Notes: generated by a model not told the origin, from the letters alone. A DNA stretch of 64,000 nucleotides from Vicugna vicugna (GCA_013265495.1 MU061538.1:1242001-1306000); one strand, 5' to 3'; shown: positions 11,451-23,830, counted from the stretch's first letter. Made by a program: numbers and translations.

Positions 11451-13900
11451 GGGCGTACACTGAGCACGCGCAGCTTCCTGCACGGCGGCCACACCTCAGT
11501 GACGCGGCTTCCGGAAGGAGTGCGAGCCGGTGACGACGTCCGCGTGACGCACCGGCGCGGCAGCGACCCCGCCCGTCGCCCCGGTCTGAGGTGCTCTCGC
11601 GTGGGGAGACTTCGGGGGCAGCTGGTTTCTCTCTTCTTGGGTGATTTCGAATACCCTGCTTGTTAAGACTTGGGACTTGTTTGCTTTTATATCGTACATC
11701 GCAGGCAGGGTGTTTTGGTTAAGGGAGTCAGCTCAACAGAACCACCGCCGAGCCCTGGCAGTCTCTGAGCGAGGGCACGGAATCGGACACGGACGCATCC
11801 TGAAGACGTCTTCTTGGCCAGAGGGCAGCAGGGCCCGCCTACTGTCCGTGGGAGTATCGCTCCAAGAAAAGACTTTCCGAAGCGGCAGTTCTACCAACGC
11901 GGGCAAAGCCGCGCTGACGAACTTCTCGGGACGATGACGTTCCAGCGGATCGCCAGTCCAGCAGTTACTGCTACAGCCTGCGTCCTGCTCCGCTCGCGCG
12001 ACGCAGCGTGCCAGTCCAGGGCAGCTGCGCAACGTGTCTGTGGGAGGCAGAGACGGACGGACGGACAGGCAGAAGCCCTCACTCACCGACGTGGGAGGGC
12101 AGACGCTTCTCTTCTGTGCCGATGGCCCCGCGTTAACGGCGCCTGTGCGCGGGTGTCGGCGCCGCCGTAAGCTCGGGTGCCGCGCAGGCACACGCCGGCC
12201 TGGGCGCGCTTCCGCGGCTCCCGGGCGGCCNNNNNNNNNNNNNNNNNNNNNNNNNNNNNNNNNNNNNNNNNNNNNNNNNNNNNNNNNNNNNNNNNNNNNN
12301 NNNNNNNNNNNNNNNNNNNNNNNNNNNNNNNNNNNNNNNNNNNNNNNNNNNNNNNNNNNNNNNNNNNNNNNNNNNNNNNNNNNNNNNNNNNNNNNNGGTC
12401 CGGCCGCGGCGGTGCTGGGCGGCTCGCGGCCGCGCTTCAGGCCGCGGTCCGGCTGTGACGCTGTCCGCGCGCGGCCTCCCGGCGCGGGGGTCCAGCAGGT
12501 TCTCCCTGTCAAGGCGCTGCCAGCCGTGGGGGCCTTTCCCAAGACGCCGTGTGAGTCGGGCTTGGGTTTTGGGGGAACTTGTCATACAAGTATTCGTAAG
12601 TTACGTTTGGATTCCAACGTTAGGTAAGAGAGTTCATTTAGCTAACATCGCCGCAAAAATACTGCACATTCCAAAAAAAAGGATGAAGTACTCGGCCCAT
12701 CAGTGACGACACCAGTGAGCAGGCGGCGGGGTCCTCCCTTCCGGGAACCTCCCTCCGCGGCTCCGTCGCCCTGGCAGCCTTGGCCCCACCGCGGGGGGCT
12801 CCTGCCTCGGCGCTCCTCCCGCCCCGCGCATGCTCAGGCGCTGCCCGTGTGACGCCCCCCCGCACCCACCCTCAGAGCCCCCTTGCACGTGACGTGACGT
12901 GACGCGACGCGACGGCACGGCGGCGGGGGCGCGGGGACTTGGGTCCGGACCCCGGGCTGCGGCGCGGATGCCCTGGCCCCGGGCGCGCGTGGTGACCGCA
13001 CGTGTGTCCCGCGCCGAGGTGCTGCCGCTGCTCTGTCCAGCCGCACTGCTGTGACCTCGCTGCCGAGCGTCGCCTGGTCCTGGAGTGACCTTCTCCTCCG
13101 GACGTTGTCAGGATTCTCGTCTAGGACCATTCCTTCGGGATTTCTTGCGCTCCGGAAGGCTAACTTGAGCTGCAGAAGGCAAGTGACCGCTTCCAGAAGA
13201 TGTCGAGGTGCTCGTCGCAGCCTTCTGCTGCCTTGCTTCCGCCCCGAGGAGAAGACGACCCCTCGGGGGAGGCGCGGGGCACCGAGACCCCGGCTCAGTG
13301 TCGCCCCGCGGCTCCCCGGAGCGGCGCCTCCGCCGCCCGCGCCCCGGGCCCGGCTGGTGCGGCCTCCGCTTGTCCCGCGTGGGGGCGGGTGGCGCGGAGC
13401 ACCGGCTGGGTATGTGTCCCTGCAGACGACCAGAGCCACTTCAACGCACGAGAAATCGGGCAGACGGAGGCCGCCCCGGAGCGCCGCCGGACAGTCTGAC
13501 CTCGGGATCCTTCCCCTTCGGCTTTGCTGGGCGGCTTACATCCTCAAGGTCACTCAGGGTCTGAAACAGCGTCCGAAGCTCCAGCCGTCGTGATAACACC
13601 AACGAGGAAGGAAAGGACGAAAGAACAAGGAGGTGACGCCTGGCACCCGAGGGAGGCTCCCCAGAGCACGTGGGCTCCCACACCTGCGGCCAGAACTTAG
13701 GCCCTCGTCTCCAGGGACGATGGAAAAGGTCGTCTTTCCTTCCTGGGAGTAAAGTCACGTGCGAAAGTCAGGCTGTTTCGGAGGCGGCGACAAGCATTCG
13801 GTAGGTGACCTGCGGTCCTGGCCCAGCGGGCGGAACTGCGCCGGCCTGTCTTGTGTCGCAGTGATGCCGTCGAGGCTGTGGTCCCGAGCCTCGGGGTGCG
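11300..13900. promoter_or_regulatory. CpG island / putative promoter with ETS, CRE half-site and MYB-like motifs
   Basis: Dense CpG; TGACG at 11500, 11531 and 11545; palindromic ETS CTTCCGGAAG 11508-11517; CGTTAACGG 12131-12139; (ACGTG)n array 12887-12921. Confidence 0.75.
12231..12396. other. Assembly gap (166 N) inside the CpG island
   Basis: Run of N. Confidence 1.
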
Positions 13901-14349
13901 GAGGGTGAAGGCAGAGAATGAATAAGCAGCCGTGGTTTAAAGTCATCTGCTCCAGAGTAGTTGAGGGAAAAAGGCACTGCGGTCCAGCCGGATTTACTAG
14001 GTTGTGCACTGGGGTCGGGGCCAATGGCCAAGGACACAGTGAAGATCCACTTGACTGGTCACTGCCGCCCACACAGACTCCGCAGGGGCTCGTGGGGACT
14101 GACGGTAGTTGCGAGGGGTGAGACTTGGGCGTCCCTGGGTCCCCCGCCTGAGGATCACCACGTGGTTCCCTATTGTCTTTATTTTCGTTCATTAAGAGCA
14201 TCCTCTCGCTGTAGGGACCAGGTAGTTCAGAGACCAGCTTTTTGCCAGTCATTTAAAGCAGAGGCACTAGTTAGTCCTGCTTTTCGCAAGTAGCTTTGCT
14301 CAATAATTGGGTGGGTAAAAAGGTTGGAACCTTGGAAAGGGTGAATGTG

Positions 14350-14530
14350 CTTTGAATAGTCTAATTTTTTTTGGTGAATTTTGAATTGGGTTGTTCGCTT
14401 TTGTTGTTGCTGAGTTTTAGGAGTTTGGGATATTAATCCCTTATGAAACATAAGATTTGCAAATATTTTTTTCCCATTCCATGAGCTGCCTTTTCACTCT
14501 GCTGAGTCTCCCTTGAGGTACAGAAGTAAC
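14350..14530 (-). mobile_element. L1 ORF2 3' fragment
   Basis: atattaatcccttatg...atttgcaaatattttttcccattcc...ccttttcactctgctg is antisense L1. Confidence 0.8.
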
Positions 14531-15218
14531 ATGTGTTGCCTTGAAGATTTAAACAAATAGGAGATTTTCTTGGAAATAAAGTTCATCTTGAAGTAGAAAT
14601 GCCTCCTCGGCTTGCTTGGTGATGCATTCAGAGATGAGGAGCATACTTTGAAGTCCCGTAATCCACAAGCTAGCAGTAACTGTAATCCTGGGAAATGCTG
14701 TTCACTGTGCAGTGAAAAACAACAAAATGTAATTCCATCTTTAGGAGTAAGTCCAAAGTTGACACAGATTTTTAGAAAAAGTTTCCTGGTTTGATGTTGC
14801 CATTTTACTCTGGAATCTAGTTAGAATGAGTAACCCCTTCTGAGCCCACGGGAGCAGGGCTTCACTCTGATGTCACTTCACCACTTCCCGGTGGGCCAGG
14901 TCGGGGTTCACTCCAGATGGGATTCTGCCAGGTCAGGGCACAATCAGAGTCTGTATCAGAGCTTCTTCTTTTAATTCCACAAGTGTTAGAGAAGTAGTTG
15001 CTAAGGTGGCAGAGGTTGGCTTTTCAGTGCTATTTTATGGTGCTAGTAACGCAGAGGCACCATTACTGAAAGGTAATTTTTATTATTACAATTAAAGACG
15101 GATTTGATTTTATGAGATCATGCATTTTTATTTTATAGGAGTTTTACATTTAAATTCAATTTAAAGGATTACTCTGTATTTAAAGTAAAATATAAGCAAA
15201 TAAGTATTTAAATTATAC

Positions 15219-15308
15219 TATATTTCTTTTCCAAATCTGATATCAACTGTTCCATGCAGCTGGTCACTTTGGTAGAATCAAATGTTTCCTCATACGACTC
15301 TGTCATAG
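15219..15308 (-). pseudogene. Exon, 90 nt, phase 1-1, open frame
   Basis: Acceptor gtttgcttttctttag|; frame (P)MTESYEETFDSTKVTSCMEQLISDLEKKY; follows an 84-nt GTAAGC...TAG intron. Confidence 0.6.
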
Positions 15309-15392
15309 CTAAAGAAAAGCAAACTTGGTTTATTCTATGAAATTGCAAGCCACTGTTTGCTTATTAAACACATCAAGTCTAACTAAGCTTAC

Positions 15393-15829
15393 GGTCAGTG
15401 TTCTGCAGAACTTAACGTTGCTCTCCTTTCGGCTGATTCTGAGAGGAAGGGATTTCTTTGGATCGACGTGAGCCTTCATTGGTATTTTATTGTTGGCACG
15501 ATGCAAAGTTGCAAAAATGGAGACCAGGACCTGAAATGCCAGCTTCTGGTCCTAAGTTTTCGCAGAGGGAGGAAGATTAGGGAACTGACTGAGGCGAGTT
15601 TGTGCAGCTAAGATGCATGCAGCCATCTCCTGGCTCGCCGGGCCAGCTGATGACTTGGGAATGTTCTGTGAGATTTTTGAAGGCTTTTTTGTTTTGTTTC
15701 TGATGGAGGAAAAGAATGTGATGGAGTATCTGTGGTAAATAGATTAAGCTGCTAGTAAACATGGTGTCCCCTTTAGATTGACTGATGTGGGGACAAAGGA
15801 AGTGCTTGGTCGTTGTCAGCTGGATTTGC
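15393..15829 (-). pseudogene. Decayed exon, 437 nt, phase 2-1
   Basis: Acceptor gtttgtccctgtgactttag|, donor C|gtaagc; 145 codons with three TAA stops; exit phase matches the next exon. An alternative acceptor at 15552-15553 gives an open 159-nt frame. Confidence 0.55.
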
Positions 15830-15889
15830 CTAAAGTCACAGGGACAAACACGTGAAGCCACGGGCCCTCTTTAAATCCCTAAATCAAAA

Positions 15890-16502
15890 AAATCTGTGAA
15901 ATTAGTTGAGACTGAATTCGATTCTTCCTCTCATTTATTTTGTCTAAAAGCTTGCTCTTTTTTTCTCTCCATTGCGCTTCTTAGGAGGGAAACCCGATTG
16001 TTCCAAGATCAAATATTAACTACTACATGTAAAAAAAGATTAGAAACAAGTTTTTTCTGTATAGCACAGGAAACTATATTAAGTATCTTGTAGTCACCTA
16101 TAATGAAAAAGAATATGAAAATGAATGTATGTCTGCACATGTATGACTGGGACATTATGTTGTGCACCAGAAGCTGACACAGCATTGTACACTGACTGTA
16201 CTTCAACTAAAAAAAATTAGCCTTGGAGGAAATACTACTCGGGAATGGATGTCCTTTCCAAGGTCTTAGCACTTGTGGTGAGTAAGTCCTGTTGGTCAGT
16301 GGCCAGTGACACATCCCTGTGGCCCCAGTTCCTGGACGGCCCCAGCTCATGTCACCATCAGCACCACTGAAGAGAGGGAGCTTGTCTGCTCATGTTCTGG
16401 GGCTGCTGGGGGGCTTTTGGGGGTCAGGCCCCTGAAAGAAGCCATCCTGCAGTCAGCCACTCACTTCCTGGAACACCCTGCTGTCATCACCCGGGCCGCG
16501 CT
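15890..16502 (-). pseudogene. Decayed exon interrupted by an L1 insertion
   Basis: Very strong acceptor (ctttctttctttatttctctttctgttttcctaaag|); coding-like text on both sides of the L1 (EAQWREKKSKLLDKINERKNRIQSQLIS); 3' boundary unclear. Confidence 0.45.
16011..16217 (+). mobile_element. L1 3' end (artiodactyl/camelid type) with polyA
   Basis: ctgtatagcacaggaaactatatt...cagaagctgacacagcattgtacactgactgtacttcaa plus A-tail. Confidence 0.9.
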
Positions 16503-16634
16503 CTTTAGGAAAACAGAAAGAGAAATAAAGAAAGAAAGGACTGAAGTCCCCGGAGCACTTTGTGGGGAGTCTTCTGGTCCTGAGAAGGGGCTGAAAAGCC
16601 CGAAGGAATTAATTCCTTTTTCAAAAATTAAAAA

Positions 16635-16815
16635 AAATTTCTTTTTGTTGAAGCATAGTTGGTTTGCAGTTATGATGCTGTGATTTCCTGTGTGCAGCAT
16701 AGTGATTCATCTGTACGTACGTATGTATAACCCTTTTCTGATTCATTTTCATTGTAGGCCATTACAAGGTATTGAATATAGTTCCCTGTGCTACACAGTA
16801 GGACCTCGCTGCTGA
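16635..16815 (-). mobile_element. L1 3' end
   Basis: attgaatatagttccctgtgctacacagtaggacct motif. Confidence 0.85.
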
Positions 16816-17042
16816 GGAATTAATTCTAAAGGAGGAGAAGTGGTGCGGGGACCACGGGAGGGTGAGGTGTCCTGGCCTCGATGTCTGGTCCAGGCGTCTG
16901 TCCAGCTGTTTTAGTCTCAAAGTGCACATGTTCAGGTCTAAACGGGCACATGTCGGTGGCACAGGAGGGCCAGGGTTGAAACATGAGATGTGGACACTGA
17001 GTTTCTTTTCCATTCAGCATTTTTTTTTAAAGGAACAGTTAC

Positions 17043-17424
17043 CTCCAGTAAGTCAGCAAAGTTGGGGAGCTGAGGTTGTTAACTACCAATAGTTGGAGGT
17101 TCACCAAAAAAAGTTTGAAGTAATGCCAAGGGGATGTCCTGGGGCCCAGGTTTCAAACATGACGTTTATGTTTTCTTGTAGGATCTGAGAAATGTGCCCC
17201 TGCCGGTGATCATGATGTGAAGGGCTCCGGGCGGGGGATCACATGGGTCCTTTCCAACCAGGACCCTGCAGGGATGTGGGCGGGTGTGGATGTGGCCTCG
17301 AGCTCTGGACTTCACACGTGGTGGCCGGAAGCCCCGAGAGGGAGTGGGCAGCCCTGGCCACAGGGATGGTGTCTTGTCCCCCTTCCGTGGATTCCCAGGA
17401 CTTGGCACGGTGGACTCCTCGGTC
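17043..17424 (-). pseudogene. Decayed exon, 382 nt, phase 0-1
   Basis: Acceptor gtgctcatttcag|, donor GAG|gtaact; phases match both neighbours; four stops. Confidence 0.5.
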
Positions 17425-17874
17425 CTGAAATGAGCACATCAGTCCTGGATTCACAGGGTGGTCTTGAGTGTTAACCTGGTGACATGTGTCACACACCCAG
17501 CGACGGGCTGTGGGGACACGGGGCTCCGTGAGTGCCAGGCCCTCCCTTACCCGGAACTGGCCTCCTTCAGAGGCGCGTCCCAGAGCTGTGCCTCCCCGCC
17601 CTCGCTCCTGCCCAGCTGCTGGATTAGAGCTGCCAGCTGAGTGTGGCTGATGGTGACTTGGTGGTGTCCTTACTCCTGACCCTGGGACCATGACTAAGAG
17701 CTTTGAACTGGTCCCCTGTGACGGGTGTCTTTGATCCCATCACGACAGGATGGTTCCCGAGGTCCAGGAAGGTCTCAGAGGTCAGAGCATGGCCTTATTA
17801 CGTCCCACTTGTGTCTCTGTGGGGCTGTGATGGTGTGAAAGGAGCCCCAGTGACCAGGGCAGGTCCCCCCTCAC

Positions 17875-18114
17875 CGGCTGGACTCATGCATCTGTGCCCT
17901 GGACGCACTGGACGGCTATGCGTCCTGGCTTTCTTTTAGTGGAAAGTGACCACATGACTGGGCGGTACCCAATGGCATTTAAGCAGAAGTGGTGCGTCTG
18001 CTTCTGGTCTGGCTGCGAAACTCCTGGGCCAGCCTCTGATCTCTCTTCCTCTGCCATTAATGCTGACGCATTGAGAGACCCCAGCAGCCAGGAACTGAAG
18101 ACAAGGAGCCCCGC
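17875..18114 (-). pseudogene. Decayed exon, 240 nt, phase 0-0
   Basis: Donor CCG|gtgagg; 80 codons with one TGA (...ALMAEEERSEAGPGVSQPDQKQTHHFCL...). Confidence 0.5.
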
Positions 18115-18289
18115 CTAGACCGGCATTTGAGGGAGAAATGCAGTTTTATTGTATGCCAGTGTTTTCTTAGTAAACATAGAGTTCCTTATTAACTAGAGTG
18201 GGACCACCATCCCTCAACTCCTGAGCCGGAGAGCAGGCAACACCTTAATGTTTCCTCCACTCCCCTTCCCAGGCCAGCTCCAGCCCGTG

Positions 18290-18490
18290 TCTGTTTTTGT
18301 GAACTTTTTATTTTGAGATGATTTGAGACTTAAGGAAGAGTTTCGAGATACTATACCCGTGCCTTTCACCTGACTTCCTCTAATGTTAACATATAACCAT
18401 CAGGTAGTGATCAAAGCTGAGAAAACACCTAGGGGGTTAACACTGGCACAGCACCGTGAAGTAAACGGCTGTCGCTCTGGATTTCACTGG
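18290..18490 (-). mobile_element. Old L1 3' end fragment
   Basis: gaactttttattttgagatgatttgagactta...cttcctctaatgttaacat. Confidence 0.6.
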
Positions 18491-19396
18491 TTCAGATGTC
18501 GTGAGAACAAGACGTGAGGCTCATGCAAAGTTTGGATTATAGAAGGGAGATTTGGTCTGCACACAGTTGGAAGACAACCGCTCAGCCTTGGTGGTATCAC
18601 CACAGACTGCCGAGAGCCGCGAACGCGTCCTCGTGTAGGTGTGAGGACAGAAGCCTGAGCCTAATTTGACCCCAGTGATGGTCACACCAAGATCGTCCTG
18701 AAGGAGATCATAGGTGGGAACCTGGTGAAGTCAAGAGAAGAAGCAAAAGAATGCGAAATTTTTGTATGAATTTAAATGTTGATAAAAATGAAGAGTTTTG
18801 CACAACAGTCTAACTACAAGCACGTGTGTGTGGAATTGTGGGGACAGCAGGCAGGTGGTGTCTCCAGTGACTGGGCCGAGAACACCTTGGTGGTGGGTCT
18901 CACAGTCATGTCTCCACCTGCCTGGTGTGCTCCACCGCTGTCACTGCGCTGGGTGAACCAGGCGTTGGCTTGGAGTCAGAACCAGCTGGGCGTTCCGTCC
19001 TTTGGGTGTCGTCCTCTCCTCTCAGCATCGTCCAGAAGGACTGGCGGGGGGACAGGGGTCATCGCAGTAGCTGCCTTGTCTGGGTGTGGGCGTGGCGAGC
19101 TCTCTTACAGGGGCCCACTTGCACATCTCAGTGGCGCCCCCGTTGTCCGCCCCCTCCCTTGGCCCCTGTGCTTCCACACAGAAGGCTGCACGTGTAGGGT
19201 GGGGCTTCTGGGATTCAGGGTGGGAGGAGGTCCAGTGCAGCGGCCGCTAGAGGGACAGGTGTGTGCGGGAAGTGCTGTGCATCAGTGTCCTGGTGCCCAG
19301 AAGTGCAGGGGGAGGACACAGACGGAGGGGAGGGGTGGAGCAGGGAGCTGCCATCCCGCCAGAGGGCCTATGTCCCGTAGTTCTGCTGAGGGCCAC

Positions 19397-19739
19397 GTGT
19401 CCGTCAGCTCATGCGGTCCTAACAGCACCGCAGACGGGGTGGTTAAACCAACAGAGCTCACCTCTCACATGTCTGGAGGCTGGAATCCAAGATCAGGGTG
19501 CCAGCAGGTGGGGTTTCTCCTGAGGCCCCCCCTTGGCTTCTTGCTGGGTCCTCACACAGCCTCTTCTCTGGGCCAGTTCCTGATATTTCTCCCTCTTCTC
19601 CCACTGGATCAGAGCCCCACCCCTCTACCCTCATTTAACCTTCATTGCCTCTTTAAAGGCCCCATCTCTAAATGTAGTCACATCTGGGGTTCAGGATTCC
19701 ACTTAATGAATTTTGGGGGATGCACTTCCATCGATAACA
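19397..19739 (-). mobile_element. MaLR LTR (MLT1A/B-like)
   Basis: tctggaggctggaatccaagatcagggtgccagca...ggccccatctctaaat...atgaattttggggga...ataaca. Confidence 0.85.
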
Positions 19740-20439
19740 CCCCACTTTGACTATAGTGATCTGAAGACTTGAGCTTGTAGCCTAGTTGTGGTCAGTTTTA
19801 AACAAGAGTGGGGACTCCCTCCTGCTACAGTGGCTGTCATCCCTGAAGACGTGGGTTCTGGGGACCGACCCGTGTCAGGAGTGCCTGTTATTAGGTGTGC
19901 GCAGCACTGTCTGTGTTGGGTGGAACAGCCCACCTGAAGGGGAAGTGTGAAGTGCACGAGCCCTGGGCCCGGGGTGGCCCCAGACTGGCCTTGTAACCAG
20001 TAACCTTGTAACCAGTTCCCCCTCAGTTACGGTTTTGACCCGTAGTGTCCTGTAACCCAGTTAATTACACCTGCCCTTCCCACCTCGTGGGTTTCCGTGA
20101 AGACTGAATGAGATCATTGAGTGAGACCCTGGGCCATTGTTGGACTCAGATCACCTAGGTTGACCCTCTGGTTCCATAGATATTTATCGAGAGCTTGTTA
20201 CCTTCCAGTGGGTGTAGAGGTACAGAAATGAAGAAGACAGGCCTTGTGTTTAGGACAAGGGAAGACAGGAAGGGGGAGATGATCTCACACGCAGACCTTT
20301 CCAGAAGGACAGATACCGCACGGCACGCTGTCCGCACCTGCGGGAAGGGCGAAGGTGGGGGAGGCAGGGAAGAATCCTAGTTCTTCTAATGTACTGTAAT
20401 CTAATTTAAGGAAACCGAAAGCATAACTTCTAAATACGC

Positions 20440-20990
20440 CTTTAAAAATAGAGTCATCACGGCTGCTGAGGGAATCACTCAGGAGACAGAAAATAGCTCA
20501 GATGTTGGATTCCGTGTGTTCAGATACTGTACTGAGCAGTGTATGTGGAATCAGAATTTCCCGGTGAAGTATTAGAATTAATAGGTTAAGTTTTCAAGGT
20601 TAAGACTTGCATTTCTATATAGGGTCAGTAGATAACTTGAGATGAAGTTGTAATAAATTACCCGTAGCATCACAAATACGAAACACCTAGCAGTCAATCT
20701 AGTGAAAGTTGTGCAAGATCTCTGTGCTGAGAGCCAGAAAGCATGGCTGAAAAATGGAAGGAAGACCCTGCTGTGTGGAGAGACTTGCTGTATCTGCGGA
20801 TCAGAGGACACGCTTTTGTAAAAATGTTGGTGTGTCTGACTACATCTGCAGATTCAGTGCAGTTCCAATAAAAATCCTGCAGTAGTTTATGGAAATTGAT
20901 AGGCTGGTTTAAAAATGCGTATGAAAATGGAAAAGGCCAGGAATAGCAAAGGCGGTTTTCAAGAAGAGAACTGGGAGGAGAACGGCGGTT
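20440..20990 (+). mobile_element. Old L1 ORF2 fragment
   Basis: ttgcatttctata...aaagttgtgcaagatctctgtgctga...gaaattgataggctg. Confidence 0.7.
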
Positions 20991-21149
20991 TGCAGACACC
21001 CAGAGCTACTGGGGGTGGGAGGTGCCTGCGCAGCTCACGGTGGCCACGGGCTGTGGAACGCCACGTAGCATCTTTTATTTTCCACGTCGCACTCTGCTGC
21101 ATCCTCCCGCGTCGGTCAACAAGGCCGGCCTGGCAGACACCACTGATGG

Positions 21150-21391
21150 GCGGCTTGCAGACAGCTGCCTTCTCGCTCCCGTCTCACCAGGCCTTTCCTC
21201 ACTGCGTGCAGGGGGAGCTCTCTGGTGTCGCCTCCTGTAAGGACACTAACCCTCTTGGATGGGGGTCCTGCCCTCCTGACCCTGTTTAACCTTAGTTATT
21301 TCCCTAGAGGCCCCATCTCCAAGTCCAGCCACACTGGGGGTCGGGGCCTCAGCACATGAATTTCGGGAGGACGCACGTTCAATTCTCATCA
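21150..21391 (-). mobile_element. MaLR LTR (MLT1-like) partial
   Basis: taaggacactaaccct...tttaaccttagtta...ggccccatctccaa...catgaatttcgggagga. Confidence 0.8.
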
Positions 21392-22444
21392 CCGTCCCTC
21401 TCCTTGAGACTTAATAGCTTAAGCAGGAGGCTTAGCTCATTAATTTTTTATTTTTTTCTCATACACGCACATCAGGCTGAATATTTTTCTTCAGGTACCA
21501 TGTGAGCTGTTTCCCCAAGATTTGGAAATGCATTATATCCATTTTCATTTGGTTCTAAATTTGTAATTTCAAAGTGACACCTGTCGGCCCAGAGAGATTT
21601 TCCTCTCATCTCGTTCAGCCGTGGGAGTGCAACACTTGTGCAGATTAAACGCTGGATTTAAATGCTGTGTTTTAGAATCTCTGTAGCCGCAGTGCCTGGG
21701 TTCAGATACCCGCTGCATTGCTTACTGGCTCTGGCTCTTTGACAGTGGGGGAGTCGCCTGATTCCTCGGTGACTCAGTTTCCCCAACTGGCATATGTGTG
21801 AGGGGTGTGGGGGCGTGTGTAGTGTGTATGAAGGTGTGTGGTGTTGAGTGTGTGTGATTTCCACCTGCCCTGGTTTGGAACTCCCCATCCAGAGTGTTTT
21901 CCTCTTGGCTTCTTTGGAGGCCGGACGCGGGCGCAGTGGAGCGGGTCCGAGCCTGAAGGTGATGCCCCTGCTCGGGGTTCGGCTCCCTGCAGGTGTGGGC
22001 GGTCTCACCTTCTGGTGCTGCAGGCATGGCCATCCTGTGTCTCCCGGACGACCTCTCTCCAAACCCCGTGGAGACAGCTAGCATCTTTGCCTGCTTCGCT
22101 CCTCGGTGTCCTCTGGGGGTACTGGGGTCACCCCTGCTGGACCCCAGCTCCCCACTCCAGGCTCAGGCCGCCCAGTCTCCGGCGCCTGGGGCCTCGGGTC
22201 ACCGAAGTGCTGTCTGGCGACGTCCTCCTCTGCCTTCTCCTTTACTCGTCACCTCTGGGGTTTTCTATTCTTTTTGTTGAGCTCAGCTATGTGTTTTTTA
22301 AAAGTGTTATTTTAAACCAGTTCTCCATGTAATTTAGTGGGAGATGTCTTGTTTCCATAACTCTCGGCCCCCAAGTGCCTGGAAGTGGGCCACGGTATTC
22401 TGCCTCATCAAGGCACAAATTTTGTTTTATTAGGTGACTGACAC

Positions 22445-22943
22445 CCCGTCAGCTGGCCTGGAGTGAGTCTGGATTTAGAAGGGACAGGTTCATAGGGCTC
22501 GTTCGGGCTGCACTTTCCCCAGGGAAGCGTTGGCGTCCTTCCTCCTCGCTCGGGGTGCCCTCCACTCCGGATGCCCTGTGTCCCACCCGGCTCAGTGTCA
22601 TCTTTGAGGAGGATGAGCCTAAAAGGTGAAGCTGGCGGCGATGGTCCCCATTGCAGGGCAGTGCCGGGCTGTCGTGTTTAGGGGCTCTGTCCACTGTGAC
22701 TTTTTCCGTGTGTGATTTGTCTCCTAGTCTGATAATTCCACGTCCACGTCTAGGGACCTCATCATGCAGTCTCTCTGGTTTCTGTTGTATGTTGACTAAG
22801 CTGAAAATCCATCAGGGCCCAAGTGTTTTTTGCAGTGTGAGTTCACAGGACATCTCAGGGATTCTTTGGGAGGAAATGGATAACTGTAGAAAATACCTCT
22901 GCAGGTACACTCGACAGTCTCGAGAGGAGTGTTATCGGGGCAC
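22445..22943 (-). pseudogene. Candidate decayed exon with frameshift
   Basis: Acceptor ctattttag|G; ~49-codon frame followed by an open frame of ~115 codons (IQQKPERLHDEVPRR...LLNPDSLQAS); weak donor. Confidence 0.4.
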
Positions 22944-23830
22944 CTAAAATAGTTCAAATCGCTTCTGTTGTGTTGAAGTTCATAAAGCACTTGAATTATA
23001 AAAACGAAGCAGCTGCCTTGCACTTTGGCCTACTGCCTGGAATTGTTTTAAATGGGATCTTATAAATATTCCGTAAAGTCCTATGTAATGGGACTGCTTT
23101 TTCCTGGCAGTCAGCCCGTGTGGATGGCATCTTAAACATTTAGGCCATTTTTGCAAAACTTGACAAAAACATTTTAGGCATTAGTAGTTTTGTTAATAAA
23201 TTACTCAGCACTAAAACTATATGTTATTTAAGAAAATCTTTGGAACCAGTTTCTCTGCTGTTTTACTTTTGGCACTCGGCAAGCCTCTGATAGCCTACAG
23301 AATACCAGTTTAGCACCCCACCTCAAAGGGGGCCCTGAAAAGCCCCAGAGCAGCAGGGCCGGGACAGCTCCCCAGAAGGAGAAGCAGCTGATGGAGCGGG
23401 GTGGCTGGTTCTGTCTGAGGAGCTCGTTCGTCGTCCCAGGCGCATCGAGCGCTCGGCACCTGGCGGTCCTGCGGGTGCGCTCCGATCACGGCCGACCCCA
23501 CGGCAGCAGGGCGGCGTGTGTTAGTGTGGGGCTGTGAACGTGTGTCTTCATAGAGAATTTAAGCTCTTTTTTAAGAAATGGTAAGAATAATGTCCTCAGA
23601 TTGCAGAATATTCCATGTTTTAATCCATTGGAAAACATCGAACCACTAGGACACTGATTGATGCTTCCAGACTAATTTCTTTTGGGCGGTCTCTAAGATA
23701 AAGACTACCCTGCCACTTGGGGCCATTCTTATAACGCCGTAATTTTATCATTAATTTTAATGTTTTAGCTCTTAAATTATCTTTTTTCTTCTTTTTTTTT
23801 TTTAAATTCATGCTTCTGATTGTTACTCAC

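Larger units (their letters stand above)
11496..15065 (-). pseudogene. Candidate very large decayed exon (or several adjacent exons)
   Basis: Acceptor ttacctttcag| at 15066-15067. Tiling minus frames: 15065-14750, 13755-14252 (165 aa), 13441-13758, 12834-13439. ORFs 11733-12040 and 11496-11699 are in one frame separated by a single TGA. Confidence 0.45.

Noticed and set aside
12038..12086. GTGAGT...CCCACAG mini-intron on the minus strand
   Set aside because: At 49 nt it is below the usual mammalian minimum, and its pyrimidine tract is a (CCGT)n microsatellite.
11733..12627. ORFs of 150-269 aa crossing the N run
   Set aside because: Lengths are inflated by the gap; not called as CDS.
11300..13900. 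Imprinting control region (ZFP57 TGCCGC motifs)
   Set aside because: Only a few scattered hexamers, as expected at this GC content; no clustering.
18776..19750. 324-aa plus-strand ORF, the longest in the track
   Set aside because: The last third is an antisense MLT1 LTR and the rest is GC-rich with no domain similarity; likely a chance ORF.
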